Virus record (IMG/VR): IMGVR_UViG_3300028388_005362
Location: 29,880-93,879 of that record
Strand: one strand, 5' to 3'
Length of the DNA stretch: 64,000 nt
Origin: a virus
Shown piece after piece: positions 1 through 12,300 of this stretch. Position numbers and translations under genes: made by a program. Numbering within the stretch: position 1 is the first letter of the stretch; every line of letters begins with the position of its first letter. The notes beneath the pieces were generated by a model that ran no database searches, was not told where the DNA came from, and saw nothing but the letters and a program-made list of their open reading frames with translations.

Positions 1-1
1 C

Positions 2-304
2 ACCTTTCCTTCGCAGGGAGTTGCCACACCTTCTCTCTATGCCAAGGGCGGCAGTTTGATCCCTCCTGCTTACATCGCAGAAGGCGAAGAGGTGGTAGAG
101 CATTCACCCATGGACGTATTGATGACCGATGCTAACGGAGAAACCAACCGTCTGTCCAGCAACATGACCAAGCTGGAAGGCGACAAGCACAGTGCTCCCT
201 CAGGCGGAATAGGAGTGAACCAATCCGGAGGAGGCTTTGTGTTCTCCGACCAGATAGTGGTTCCCCAGGATTTGGTTCAACGCTTCAAAAATGCCCGACT
301 CTAA
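2..304 (+). CDS. 5'-truncated crAss-like virion protein (YAKGG, GDKHS..GGI, FSD motifs)
   Basis: Frame is open from position 2. Stop TAA overlaps the next ATG (TAATG). Confidence 0.6.
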   Translation, partial: TFPSQGVATPSLYAKGGSLIPPAYIAEGEEVVEHSPMDVLMTDANGETNRLSSNMTKLEGDKHSAPSGGIGVNQSGGGFVFSDQIVVPQDLVQRFKNARL

Positions 305-1212
305 TGAAAGAAAAGACATTTGCACAGCTGGCTGAAGAGCTGGCAAAGAAACGTGAAAAATATGAGGTTTTGGCAGACTCGCCAAGCCCCTTCGAACGTA
401 ATACTGCTGAGCGGATGCTCAAGCGCACAGACCGGGTCAGCAACATGCTCAAGGATGAGCAGGTACGACTGGCTCCTGCTCCAGAGACTGAGGAAGTTCC
501 TGTTATGGCACCTGGAGGCTTTCTTGCACCTGCGGGCGCACGTCAGGCGGCAAGTACTGCTGCAGCTAATGCAGGTGGTGGTAGTTTCCTGAGTGGGCTG
601 ATGAGTGGTATTCAAAATAACCTTCCCTTACTTTCAGATCTGGGTGGTAGCCTGCTTGATGCTGGCATACGCCAGGTGGGGACAAACAGTATGCAGGCTC
701 CGCCCAGTCCTTCTTTGATTCCACGAACAACCATCGACACTTCGGTGGACTACTCCCCCCAACTTCGTGCGGTACGGGATGCCCGTACCCTGCAGATGAG
801 AAGTGCTGACCGTAACCTGAGGGATTCACAGGCCGCTGAAGCCTTCAAGAATAAAGCCTTCTCGGATTCACTCAAGGAGTCTTCTGATATTCAGGGCAAG
901 TCCAACTTCGAGCGAGCTATCCTGAAGAGGACACAGGCCCAGGTTGACCAACGTACCAACGAGCAGAATGCCGGCATAGTCAATAACTTCAAGATGATGG
1001 ACAATGCTTTCCAGAACAATCGCACTGCATCGACAGTGAATAACTGGAGCGGAGCGTTGACCAATTTCCGTATGTCTCAGCGTGACCGTATGGCAAACGC
1101 AATGGATATGCTCAAGGCAGAGATCTATTCCCGCCAGTTTGGAGACTCCGGAATATGGCAACGAAACATTCAGGACATCATTGACCAATTTGCTAACAAC
1201 AATTCACGATGA
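304..1212 (+). CDS. Putative virion/cargo protein
   Basis: 302-aa ORF with KTFA and MAPGG motifs, Gly/Ala-rich, directly upstream of the large internal-protein genes. Confidence 0.6.
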   Translation: MKEKTFAQLAEELAKKREKYEVLADSPSPFERNTAERMLKRTDRVSNMLKDEQVRLAPAPETEEVPVMAPGGFLAPAGARQAASTAAANAGGGSFLSGLMSGIQNNLPLLSDLGGSLLDAGIRQVGTNSMQAPPSPSLIPRTTIDTSVDYSPQLRAVRDARTLQMRSADRNLRDSQAAEAFKNKAFSDSLKESSDIQGKSNFERAILKRTQAQVDQRTNEQNAGIVNNFKMMDNAFQNNRTASTVNNWSGALTNFRMSQRDRMANAMDMLKAEIYSRQFGDSGIWQRNIQDIIDQFANNNSR

Positions 1213-3305
1213 ACAATCCTTTTGCTCAAATAGCCCCGGCCCCATATATCTCTAAACGCAATGAGCTTCCATTGGATGCCATCCTGAGTACAGCGGGTGC
1301 CCTGCAGAAAAGATATTACGAGAACAAAGCCCAGATGGATAAGCTGGACATCATGGCGAACAGTTTGCAAATACTGGATAATGACCAGCACATCAAAGAC
1401 GAACTCTTAGGAGAGGTCGACAATACTATCAATGCTATCGCTGCGGATGAGGGAGCTTATGAAAATGCACACCACATCATCGGGCAGTTGGGCAAAAAGG
1501 TCAGCGGAGACCCCAGAGTTCAGGCGGCTATGTTCAATTTCCAGAAGAAGCAGCAGTGGGATGACTGGGCCGCTCAGCAGAGAGCTCAGGGAAAATTCGT
1601 ACATGACTTTGGAGCAGGGGATTTCCGTACAGTGGGGGAAGACGGGAAAATCAATTACTGGAATAACCAGCAAGAGGTTCTTTTAGATTACGGCGACAAG
1701 ATGACCGATATTTGGAAGAATATCGTCAAGGGAGAAGCCGGAGTCGGAGATATTGACCCCGAACAACTCGACCCTAACAATCCTTTCATTCGCGTAGCTC
1801 GCTGGCAGGGAGTCAGTCCTTCTCAAATCGATCGCAAAAAAGCCTATGCTCTTCAGCAGTACATGGAATCTGACGAAGGACGCCAACACGTTCGTTACCT
1901 GCAGAGCACGGGAGAGGAAAACCCCATGGATGCTATTGCCACACAGATGGAAATGGCGGGAGATGCACAGACCTATTATCAGGATCAGTCCAGCTACCTG
2001 GGCAATCCTGAGTACGTCAGCAGCTACAAGCACAAGATGGATATGCTTAACTATATGGCTAAAACCAAGGGCAAGGGAGAAGGCATTGAGTCCTTCACTC
2101 AGGGAATGGCTATGAGCATAGCTGAGCAACTTCATGACCCTGACCATCTGAATGAGCGTATTAAAGGGGCAACCAACGATAACGAACGCAATCTGTATAC
2201 CCATCAAATGCAGGAGGCTCTGGACCACACCTTTAATGTTAACCCGACCTTACAAGCGGAGCATTCCAAAATCAAAGCGGACCACGTGGCAGAGATTGGA
2301 AAGAACTCCTCGGCTATATTCGACCAGTTCGACCGCTATCTCAATATGCAAGCCGGAGCAAGTGTACTGGATGGTGGAAAGATAAAAGATTTCTTGCACT
2401 TGAATCCCGTGCCTGTCAAGCCTACAACAGGAGAGGAGAAGGTTATGAGAGGAAGGTATGCTGTTGAGCGTCAATCACAGTCCGGAGAATACAATCAACC
2501 CCCGGAAACTGCAACCATCATGGGTCAAGAGTATACACTGGAAGAGAGAAACCAGCTCTTCCAAGCCTATAAGGATTTGAGAAACTTCAAAGAAGATACA
2601 TTTGAGGACCAATTCAAAAGGTCTTCTTCTGAGCTTCAGCGCAACTCCCAGGTAATGATTCCTATGGAGAGTTCGGATATGACCGACTTCAAAGCCAACG
2701 TCCGTTCACTTGACCCTATGGCTTTCAGCATTCAACAAGTGTCTGATGGCAGCGATGAGTCTCTGTCTCCTGAAGATATACGAAGTTTTGAAACTTTCGA
2801 GGGAGTGGGCATCACCCCAGGTAACGGAGATTACAGCGGAAGAATCATCGTTAAGGACGAGTATGGAACCCAGTACGCCCTTACACCTAAGAGCAATAAT
2901 GCGGACAGCATGCTGATGAACTGGCTGGCTAAAATGGATGACGGCAAAAACGGTGCTTACTACAACCAGAAATATGTCGGTGAAACCATTCCACAGGAAG
3001 GAAAAGAATACAAGGGTATTCGTCTGAAGCCTGCTGGAAATGGTAAGTACTCAGCCGACATGTCCATCGAGGAATTCATTGGTAAACTCAAAGAGGTCAA
3101 CCCCAATGTTGCAGACAGGCTGTACGTGGATATGCTGATGGAAAGAGGAATATCCTACGCCCAGTTAGAGCTGTATCTGCAGGAACAGGAAGGTGGGGAG
3201 CAACAGCTTACCGACCAGACCCGTCAAAAGATTGAAGACGCCCTCAACTCGGATGCCATTGGCGCCAAGGGGATCATGATTCATAACATCATCAACAATT
3301 TCTAA
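1209..3305 (+). CDS. Putative internal virion (ejection) protein
   Basis: 698-aa ORF; first of three large genes around the virion RNAP, the usual crAss-like arrangement. Confidence 0.6.
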   Translation: MNNPFAQIAPAPYISKRNELPLDAILSTAGALQKRYYENKAQMDKLDIMANSLQILDNDQHIKDELLGEVDNTINAIAADEGAYENAHHIIGQLGKKVSGDPRVQAAMFNFQKKQQWDDWAAQQRAQGKFVHDFGAGDFRTVGEDGKINYWNNQQEVLLDYGDKMTDIWKNIVKGEAGVGDIDPEQLDPNNPFIRVARWQGVSPSQIDRKKAYALQQYMESDEGRQHVRYLQSTGEENPMDAIATQMEMAGDAQTYYQDQSSYLGNPEYVSSYKHKMDMLNYMAKTKGKGEGIESFTQGMAMSIAEQLHDPDHLNERIKGATNDNERNLYTHQMQEALDHTFNVNPTLQAEHSKIKADHVAEIGKNSSAIFDQFDRYLNMQAGASVLDGGKIKDFLHLNPVPVKPTTGEEKVMRGRYAVERQSQSGEYNQPPETATIMGQEYTLEERNQLFQAYKDLRNFKEDTFEDQFKRSSSELQRNSQVMIPMESSDMTDFKANVRSLDPMAFSIQQVSDGSDESLSPEDIRSFETFEGVGITPGNGDYSGRIIVKDEYGTQYALTPKSNNADSMLMNWLAKMDDGKNGAYYNQKYVGETIPQEGKEYKGIRLKPAGNGKYSADMSIEEFIGKLKEVNPNVADRLYVDMLMERGISYAQLELYLQEQEGGEQQLTDQTRQKIEDALNSDAIGAKGIMIHNIINNF

Positions 3306-3306
3306 C

Positions 3307-6300
3307 ATGCCTATCGACAAGGATCTTCTCAAAAGGGGGTTGGCAAAGCAAAAGCAAGGCCCTCAAGTGATCGGCCCATACCAGGGACCCATTGATAATA
3401 TGGAATACGGGTCAGGTTTGTCGGACGCCCTCAAGTACAGACCCAACATCTACAAAGGCGATGACCTCAATAAGATAAAAGCGGACGGTCAAAGCGAATG
3501 GAAGAAGGGATTCAACGCTGTGGTTGGTGGACTGGCTTCCGGATTACTCACTGCGGTAGAAGATACCGGTTATATCCTGGACTTTGAGAACAACCTGAAG
3601 AACCTTGCGGACTTGGAGAACGTGGAGAGCAACTGGCTCAGCGACCTTGCCAAAGAAGGAAAGCATGCCATAGATGAGGCAATGCCCATCTATACCGAAG
3701 ACCCCAACAAGATTTGGGATTGGAACGACAGTGGTCAATACTGGAAAGCATTGAAAGGCATTCTTGACTCGGCTGTGGGCTTCGCCATTCCCGGTGCAGG
3801 TGCAACAAAAGTGGTTGGTGCGGCTCAGCGTCTGGCACGTCTGGGCAGGTACATGAACTTTCTGAAGACCTCTAAGATGGGTCAGCAATTGACCAATTCT
3901 CTGGCAGCTGGTTACATCACCAACTACGGTGAAGGTAAGATGATGGCATTGGAGCAGTACGAGGACTCGTTGGAAAAGTACAAGCATGACCTCTGGGAGC
4001 GTACCTTCAAAGAAATTCAATCTAAGAACCTGGGAGAAGACCCTGGTGTTCTTACTCAACGTGCTCAGGATCTCTACAACCAAAGGTTGGCAGAGAGCAT
4101 GCCTGACTTCGAACGTATTGCCGGCGAAGAGGCGGACAAATTCATGTTCAAGAACAAGGCATTCATGCTCACCGATGCCATGGGCCTACACGGACTTTAC
4201 CGTGGACAGGGACTCACCCGTAACATTATCAAAGACCCTTCTTTCAAAGGCGGGTTGAAGGCTATGGGTAAAGCTGACCTGGATAATCCTATCATCCAGG
4301 GACTCAAGGAGAGTGCCGAGGAAATCGGGCAGAACGTTCTGCAGATGGAAGGCAAGTTCCAAACTGCTCAGCGTATGGGACAAGAAACCGAAAGCAACGA
4401 GGACCTTTGGAAACGTGCCCTGGAGTTTGCCACTTCCGACCAGGCTATACTGGAAGGAGCTATGGGATTCTTTGGTGGTGGTCCTCAACGTGTATTGACC
4501 AAAGCCGCATCCGGACAGTACTCTGCTAAACACCGCAAGCAACAGCGGGAAGCCTATGAGGACCAGCAGTTCATGATGGACCCTGAGGCTAAGACCCGTA
4601 CCGTTACACGTAAGCGCCCGGTCTTTGATAACGAGACCGGAGAAGAAACCTTTGAAGAATATGAAGTAACCGAATACAACAATCAATGGTTCATCGAGAA
4701 CCGCCTGAGCGAGTTCGATCAGACCCGTAAGCTGATTGATAAAGCCATGGAAAGAGGGGAGAAGGGATTGGCAGAGACCCTGAAGAACCAGATGTTCTTG
4801 AAGATGGCATCTGAGAACTTCGGCAGGGGAACCACCGCCAACCTGGAGCGTGCCCTCAAGGATGTTATTGAATCCAACCTCTCGGAAGAAGAAGTAGCTG
4901 AAAAGGGATGGGACCCCGACTACAAAGAGCAGGCCCGTGAACAGCTCAAGCTACTCAAGAAGATGGAGAACCGGTGGAATCGTTACACCAAGTACGAGAA
5001 CCGTGAAGACGTCTTCTACAACCGCATGTCCTATGATACTCTTCATGAACAGTTCTGGAACGCTTATAATAAGAGGAAAGAGGCGGAAGCCCTCACCGAC
5101 CAGATTCTGGAGATGAAAGGACTGCAAAGAGAAAACTTGACCGAGGAGCAATACCAGGAGTATATGCAAATGGAGTCCGTGCAGGATGAAATCTACTACG
5201 AGGAGTTGCGCTCTGCTATCCACAAACAGAGGGAAAAGCTGGATTCAGATTATCGCAAGATAACTTCTGATGAGTACCAGTCCTCTCTTCGTAAGATGGA
5301 CCGGCAATTCAAACGTATTGTCAAAGAACAGGCTGCTAAAGCCCGTGCAGAAGCCAAGCGCCAGAAGGATAAGGCAAAAGCAGAGAGCCGTTCTGAGAAA
5401 CAATCTAAAACTCAACCTAAAAATAACAACGCCGATGAATCAACTGTATCTTCTGAAGAACAGGGTGGAAACACTGGAGGAGAAAGTCAGACGTCTGGAA
5501 CAGACAGTGGAACTACTCAACCAAAAACTCGATCCCCCAAAACCCAGCCTTCCAACCCAGGTACCGACGGTTCCAGTGCAACCTCCGATACCCAGCAAAC
5601 TGAGGCTGAACCCGTTTCAGACGAAGAGTACGCAGATTTTGTTGACAACGGCAATGTAAGCGATCATCGCTTGCACATGATTGCCTCCAAGATACAGTCA
5701 GGCAAACAGAACGAATTATCCGAGAGAGAAAAAGCGATACACGCTGCCAAAACGCAGGAGGTGGAAGAGATGCTCCGTCTGCGAAAACAGCATGAAGAAG
5801 AACGAAAAAGAAAAGAGAAGGGCACTGCCAACGAGCAGACCCGTGCCAAGCAACAGCAGCAGGAGAACACCGATGAGATATTCACCGAGCGGGATACCGA
5901 TTCTACCACAGAGCAGAACACCAAGGCTGAGGAGTTGCTCAATGAGACCAACCCGGACGGTATTGAGGTACACGATAAGGTAGCTCTTCTGTCTCGTAAC
6001 TATATCAGAAAAGGTCAATCCACTTTCATCGACCTGGATAACAATGTCATCCGCTCCATGGATGGAATGCACGACATTCTCTTCAGCGATTTGGTAGGAG
6101 AAGGAACCAAGATCCGACTGGTGGTTGTAGATGACCCGGATGTGGAAATCTCTTCCGAGCTGACCTATCAGGTCTCCACTCAGGGAAAGACCACCTGGGG
6201 AGCCATCCGTGATAACGAACAGGACAAGACCAACAGAATTCCCATCCAGATACAACTGGAGGACGGGACCGCTATTGGCTGGTTGCATGAGATGAACTAT

Positions 6301-9300
6301 GCCAACGAGTTCGCTACTGACGACTCTTCGGCGCGTTTATATGCCGTTCGTAAAGCTGTCCTGGAGAAAGGCCCCATTGAAACTACCGTAACGAGCAATA
6401 ACGGTGGTAAATTTTTTAGATACGCTAACAACGAACAGCGCCCTGTTGGAGAAGCCATGCCGAATGCAACTATGGCGGTTGTCAAGAACGGAGAGCTTAT
6501 TTCCAATGGCGAGGTTGTTCAGGTGGACAATCCTGAGAGCCTGGCAAACGGTATGACCTACACCGTAATAGAGAGTGCGGGCAAGCGTTATGCCTTACAG
6601 GTCAACCCAACCAAGTTCACTGATACCGAATCCGGTCGTGCCCTCAAGCGGACCATTCTGAAAGTCATTGAGATCTTTACCGATGGAGACAGCCGTACAG
6701 CTGAGCAAGAAGAGATTGTCAACCAGATAATGGAGAATACCCGTAACTGGCCCGGAGGTGCAGTCAACATCACCACCGCCAAAGGTATGGACAGGTATCT
6801 GAGTGCCATCATGCTCAACAGCAATATCCACGGAGCTTCTATGCTATGGGCTGGTAGAAACGAAAAGGATAAGTCCAGGGGCTATCTTAACAACAATAAA
6901 ATCAAACCCGGCGCTGTCATCTTCACCATTAAGAATGGCGCCATCTCAGGCTCCCGCGATAAGGGGGTAGAACATGTTTCCCTGTCGAAGAACTCCCCGG
7001 AGAGTTTCCGTAAGGGAAAAGGAATCGAGGTATTTGAATCCCTTCTGGACAAAGCCTATGTCAAGATAGACAAGAACCTGGTGGGCTCCGATAAGAACAT
7101 CGTTCTGATTGGGGAAGACGGACAGGCTACCGTTGAGAAATACCAGGACATCGCAGGAAAGATTACCCAGACCAACCTAAAAGGGGTTCAGGTCAACACA
7201 TCACAGGGCGAACGAACCACCTATCGATTCCAACCACGGATCACGTTCGATATTTCTTTTGCTCCTCTGCCATTACCTGAGCAAAACGCCCAGAGCCAGC
7301 CCGCCAATGAATCCGGGCCGAATGCTATGGAAGTATTCAACAAGGTCAAAGGATTATTCATCAGCGACCCCAATGAGATGCTGGACAAGTGGAACAGCAT
7401 TGCTCCCATGGAACAGTGGTTGACAGAAGCTGTTGTAGAGTGGTTCACCCAGAACAAGAATGCCTACAACAAAGCCATGGAGGATTATGCCAAGTACAGC
7501 GGACAGAAAGCCTCTGATGCTTACAAGCGCTTGATGGTCCTGCAGAAATCTTTTGAGGCGGCTATCAAAAGGGCATCCCTTAAAGCTATCTCTATGCCAG
7601 ATACTTCCTCGGTGGTCAAACCGCCTTTGGAAAAGCCTGTGCAACCGCAGGAGACTCAACAGGAAATGAGCGAGGAAGAGCTGGCAAGTCATTTGGGGTT
7701 AAGTGATGGTCAGATAGGAGACATCAATATTTTGGTGGACGCAGACGAGGAGCCTAATTTCGAGGGTCCCGTACTCACAGAAGCCAAGGTGGCTGAGCTT
7801 ATCAAGGCTACTCAAAACATGATTATCGAAGGTCTGGGGCTTAAATTCCAGACCGAACTGGTAGAGACCATGGCGTCAGACATCTTCCGTCAACTCATCG
7901 AGAGTGAAGAGGGAAGAATGGAGTTTGCCGAGACCATGGAAACCTATAAGGATCTGGCAGCCAAAGCCGTTGCCGCTGCACAAAAAGACATTGATACACT
8001 GTCCGCAGGTATCAACAGCGGGACTCTGTCTGAAAAGAATACTCTGACCGCTAAGAAGGTACTTGCCCAACGACAGAAGGTGCAGGATGTATGGAATAAT
8101 GTACTGAGCAACTGGGACAGACTTTCCCAGTTCACCTTCGAGCGTGTGATGCAATTCAGCGACACGGCTATCGACGGAGACCCGGAGAACTTGCGTTGGG
8201 ATGACAACTCAGCATTCACCGTGGACACTAAAGAGAGTGTAGCTCCTATGCTCAAACGATTTTTGGCTTTGATTCCTGAGCGAGATGCGGACGGGAATAC
8301 CGTTAAGACTGTTTTGGGAACGACCAAGTACTTGGCTTTCGATAAGGTCTACAACATCCTTCAGCGGACCACACCTAATCGCCGTCCGGACTTCAATGAA
8401 TTGATGGAAGCCATCGATGAGAACACCAAAGCCTATCCTTTCTTAGCTGAGGTGAAAGCCGAGTTGATGAAGGCTGACCAGCAGATGAAGAACCTGTTTG
8501 TGGGAGCTATGAGCAACCACTATGTGAACATGCAACTGGTCGAGTGGTCCAGAGGAGAAAACGGAGAGTTCACTCTTCGCGCTCTGAGTGCTAACTCCAA
8601 TGCTATTGCATTGACCATCTTCGACATCTGGAGAGAAAATCTCAAAAGACACGATGATGTTTTTCAGGTGGAAGGTGAAGAGGAAGAGTACTTCATCGGG
8701 CCTGAATTGATTAAACGTCTGACCGATGCAGCTAATACATGGGGACATGTAACCCCGGATAAAGGAGGCCTCAAGTACTGGTTTGAGCAGTTGGGTATCA
8801 CTCTAAGTGAGAAGACTGTCGAGGACATTCTCTCTGGAGCCTTTCAATACGGCAACACAAAGAGTTTCCAGGACCACGTCAACAATCCGGGAGGACTTAT
8901 CCACACCTTGGTTAAAAACCTGAGTACCCGTGGAAAAACCAGCCTGAGCGATAACGATCCTTTGAATAACACCGTTGTCAAGCGGTTGTCCCGTCACGAT
9001 GCCCAGTACAGCCAAAATGCACTGAGTAACTCCCTGCAGACTGGAGGAAAGACCGTATATGCTTACGGACAAAACAAGTATGCCATTGTTCGTCACAACG
9101 AGCTGAAGCGTTTGAACACTTCGACCAAGGACGGCAAGAAGGTAAAGACCAATACACTTCTAACCCGCCTGGCGAAATACGGGTTCAGTGGTAATTCCCT
9201 GTGGTTGTATAAAATGGCTAAGACCAAGAATGGTGAGTTGCAATATGCCGATAACGGAGAGATAATTGTGGATGAGAACGGCGCATTTCTGACCAACCTT

Positions 9301-12300
9301 CGTCCATGGACCACATCTCTGGAACCTTTGCGCAAGAAAGGAAGCTCTTCACGTGAAGGCCGTGAGCTGTACAACATCTCTGCCGCTGAGCACGAACTCT
9401 TCAAGATGGGTATGCTGATGACCGACGTGAGTGATGAGAGCGGAAACAACAAACGTATCATTAACGTCACATATCCGACCAATTCGGATAAGACCACACA
9501 GATCGGATTCCAGATAGAAGCTGCTGATCTGCAGTTGGATCGTGAGGGTAACCTGGACTCCGACTCCCTTGAGTTGTTATACGAGGCGTTGGTTGCCCCG
9601 GAAATACAGCGGGTTCGTCAGGCAAGACAGGGCGGAATCGATGCAAACAACAAGGCGTACTCCAGCGGAGCCAGGTGGTTCATGCTGATGCCTGAGATAA
9701 ACAATATTGAAGGAATCTTCTACGAGGACGGGCGTTTGAACGAGGACATAGAGGGGGAGATGAAGCAGAAGATCATAGAGGTACTCCAAAGCTATGTCAA
9801 GCAGTTAGCGGAAAAGAAAGTATCCGACTGGAACGACATGGGTATAATCACCAAAAGCTCTGAGCTGGATAAGCGTTACCGCGATCACCTCAGTGCCGTA
9901 GATGAGAATAAGCAGCTTCAGGGAGCAGCCACCGATATGGTAGCCCAATACCTGGTAGCCAATGCCGAAATATTCAAGATGTTCATCGGTGACCCGGCCC
10001 AGTTCTATAAGACCTCTGTTTACAAAGATGTCAAAAAGAGACTGGTAGCTGAAGGCGTGGTTACACAACAGCAGGCCGCTGATATGAGCAACCGGGAAGT
10101 GGAAGAGCACTTCACCTCCGATGACATCATTCAGATCGCTGAAGATACTTTCCTCAATGTAGGTAAGCGGTTGGCGGGTGATATTGCTCCGGGACAGGAG
10201 CTGGCAGGAACCGACCGTCAGTACCACCCCATCAAGACAACCAAGCGCAGGTTTGGCAAGAGCAAGACCCGTAAGTTCTCCCGTGCCAACGATACGGGAA
10301 AACAATACAAGACTGTGGTACTCCAAGACTTTAAAGGAACGTCCACAGCCATGAAGCAACTCAAAGAGCTGTTCAAGGATGACCCCAAGGTAGCCGCCCA
10401 GTACGGCGGATTCGAGTCCACTGATGCACAGGAGTATACTACATGGGAAGAGCACCTTAACATGATGCTCTGGACAGGTAAGTTATCCGAGGAAGAGTAT
10501 ACCAATTTCTACGATAAACTCTCCCAGGGAGAAGACCTGGGCAAGAAGGACCTCAAGAAGGTACTCCAGCCCATGAAGCCGGTATATGTCTACAATACCG
10601 AAGACAAATCCGGAACATACGACCGCCGTGTGTATGTCAAAAGCTCCTCCTTCCCATTGATTCCTCAGCTGGTACGGGGATTGGAATTGGAGAAGCTGGC
10701 TAAAGCCATGCAGACACAAGGCATTCAACGCGCTGCATTTGCTACGGCGGTCAAGGTGGGTGCCCCTGCTAAGCTCGCCCAGGTGTTCAATACCGACGGT
10801 ACGATAAAAGATGATTTGGATTTTACTGATTCCCAGTTGACTCTGGAGCGTGCTGGACTTCGTATCCAGCAGCAGATTCCTTACGATGGTTCCAAAGCCT
10901 CCATCAACCGTGTATCTCAGGCGATGAAGAACTTCATGGTGAACATGATGGATGTGGAAGGATTCAAGGTCAAGTGGCATAACGACGGCAAGCCCATTAA
11001 CGGTCGCGAACTTCACTCTTTGTTCCTGGAGAACTACGAGAAGCTGTTCGAGATGAGCAAGGAAGAGCTGTTGGAAGAACTGCAGGATAGCGATGGTAGT
11101 TTCTCCCAGGATAAGATCATCAAACTGTTGCGAAGAGAAGCTATTGAGCGTGACTACCCTATGAGTGAGGTAGAGATGACCGAGTACGAAGACTTCCTTC
11201 GCATGATGCCTTATCTGCCCTCTGCCGATAGATTTGAGGCCCTTTTGAACTCCATTATAACCAATCGCATTGTCAAGCAGAAAATGCCTGGTAAATCGTA
11301 TGTATTGGGTGCTCAGGAAGGCTTTAAGACTTTGGATGAGTTGGACAATGATACCCGTGCCGGTATAACATTCACTCCCGCTTTTGATGGGGAGTTGAAG
11401 AGCAACCAGGTATTGATTCCATGGAAATTCAAGACCCCCGACGGTAAACTGATCAACATGCGTCAGTTCGTGGGCAAGGACGGCAAGATTGACATGGACA
11501 GGCTCAGTCCTGAGGTACTGAAAATATTTGGTATGCGTATTCCAAACCAGGGACCTATGTCACAACGGTCACTGGAAATCGCCGGGTTCCTGCCCAAGGC
11601 TTCCGGAGACCTTATCATTGCTCCTCGTGACCTTGTGGTACAAATGGGTAGTGACTTTGATGTGGATAAGCTCTACACTTACATGTACAACGTAGAGGTG
11701 GTTGGAAGCAAGGAACATCCCCAGCTACTCAAGTTCGTATACAGTGAAGGTAAGCACAACAAGCACAAAAAGTACAAATTTCATAAGAAAATAGATACTG
11801 ACACAGAGCGTGAGATGACCGAGGTTGAAACCATCCGGGAGCTTACCCGAATGGAACACCAGAACAAGGTCATCGACATCATGCACGCTGTTCATGAGAA
11901 CCCTGACCGCTCCGTACAAAAGCAGATCCACACCCCGTTAGGATTCTGGCATTTGCCTGAGGTAGCCCAGAAGGTTACAAAGGCCCGCCGTGCCCGTATG
12001 CAAGGAGGAGATTTGTTCACCGGACTCTCTGATGCCTACCAGCGTCAGAAGTACATCAACGCTACTGCAGGTAAGTCTGGAACAGGAGTATTCGCTAAGG
12101 ATTCTGCCTTCAATGCCACCATCCAGGGGGTGGAAAAGCCCATGAATCTGAGAGGTAAAGGCAAGAGACCATACACGGTCACTTTCGGAAACCGTAACAG
12201 CGGAAAACAGGGACTCAATAGCCCCATGGCACTGGATGGCAAGACTTACAAGAGTGATGTCATCTCCGGATACCTGTCTGCGGCTGTGGATAACGAGAAG

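Noticed and set aside
280-320. Programmed frameshift joining the first two ORFs
   Set aside because: The junction is a standard TAATG stop-start overlap with no clear slippery heptamer; translational coupling suffices, although homologs may be fused.
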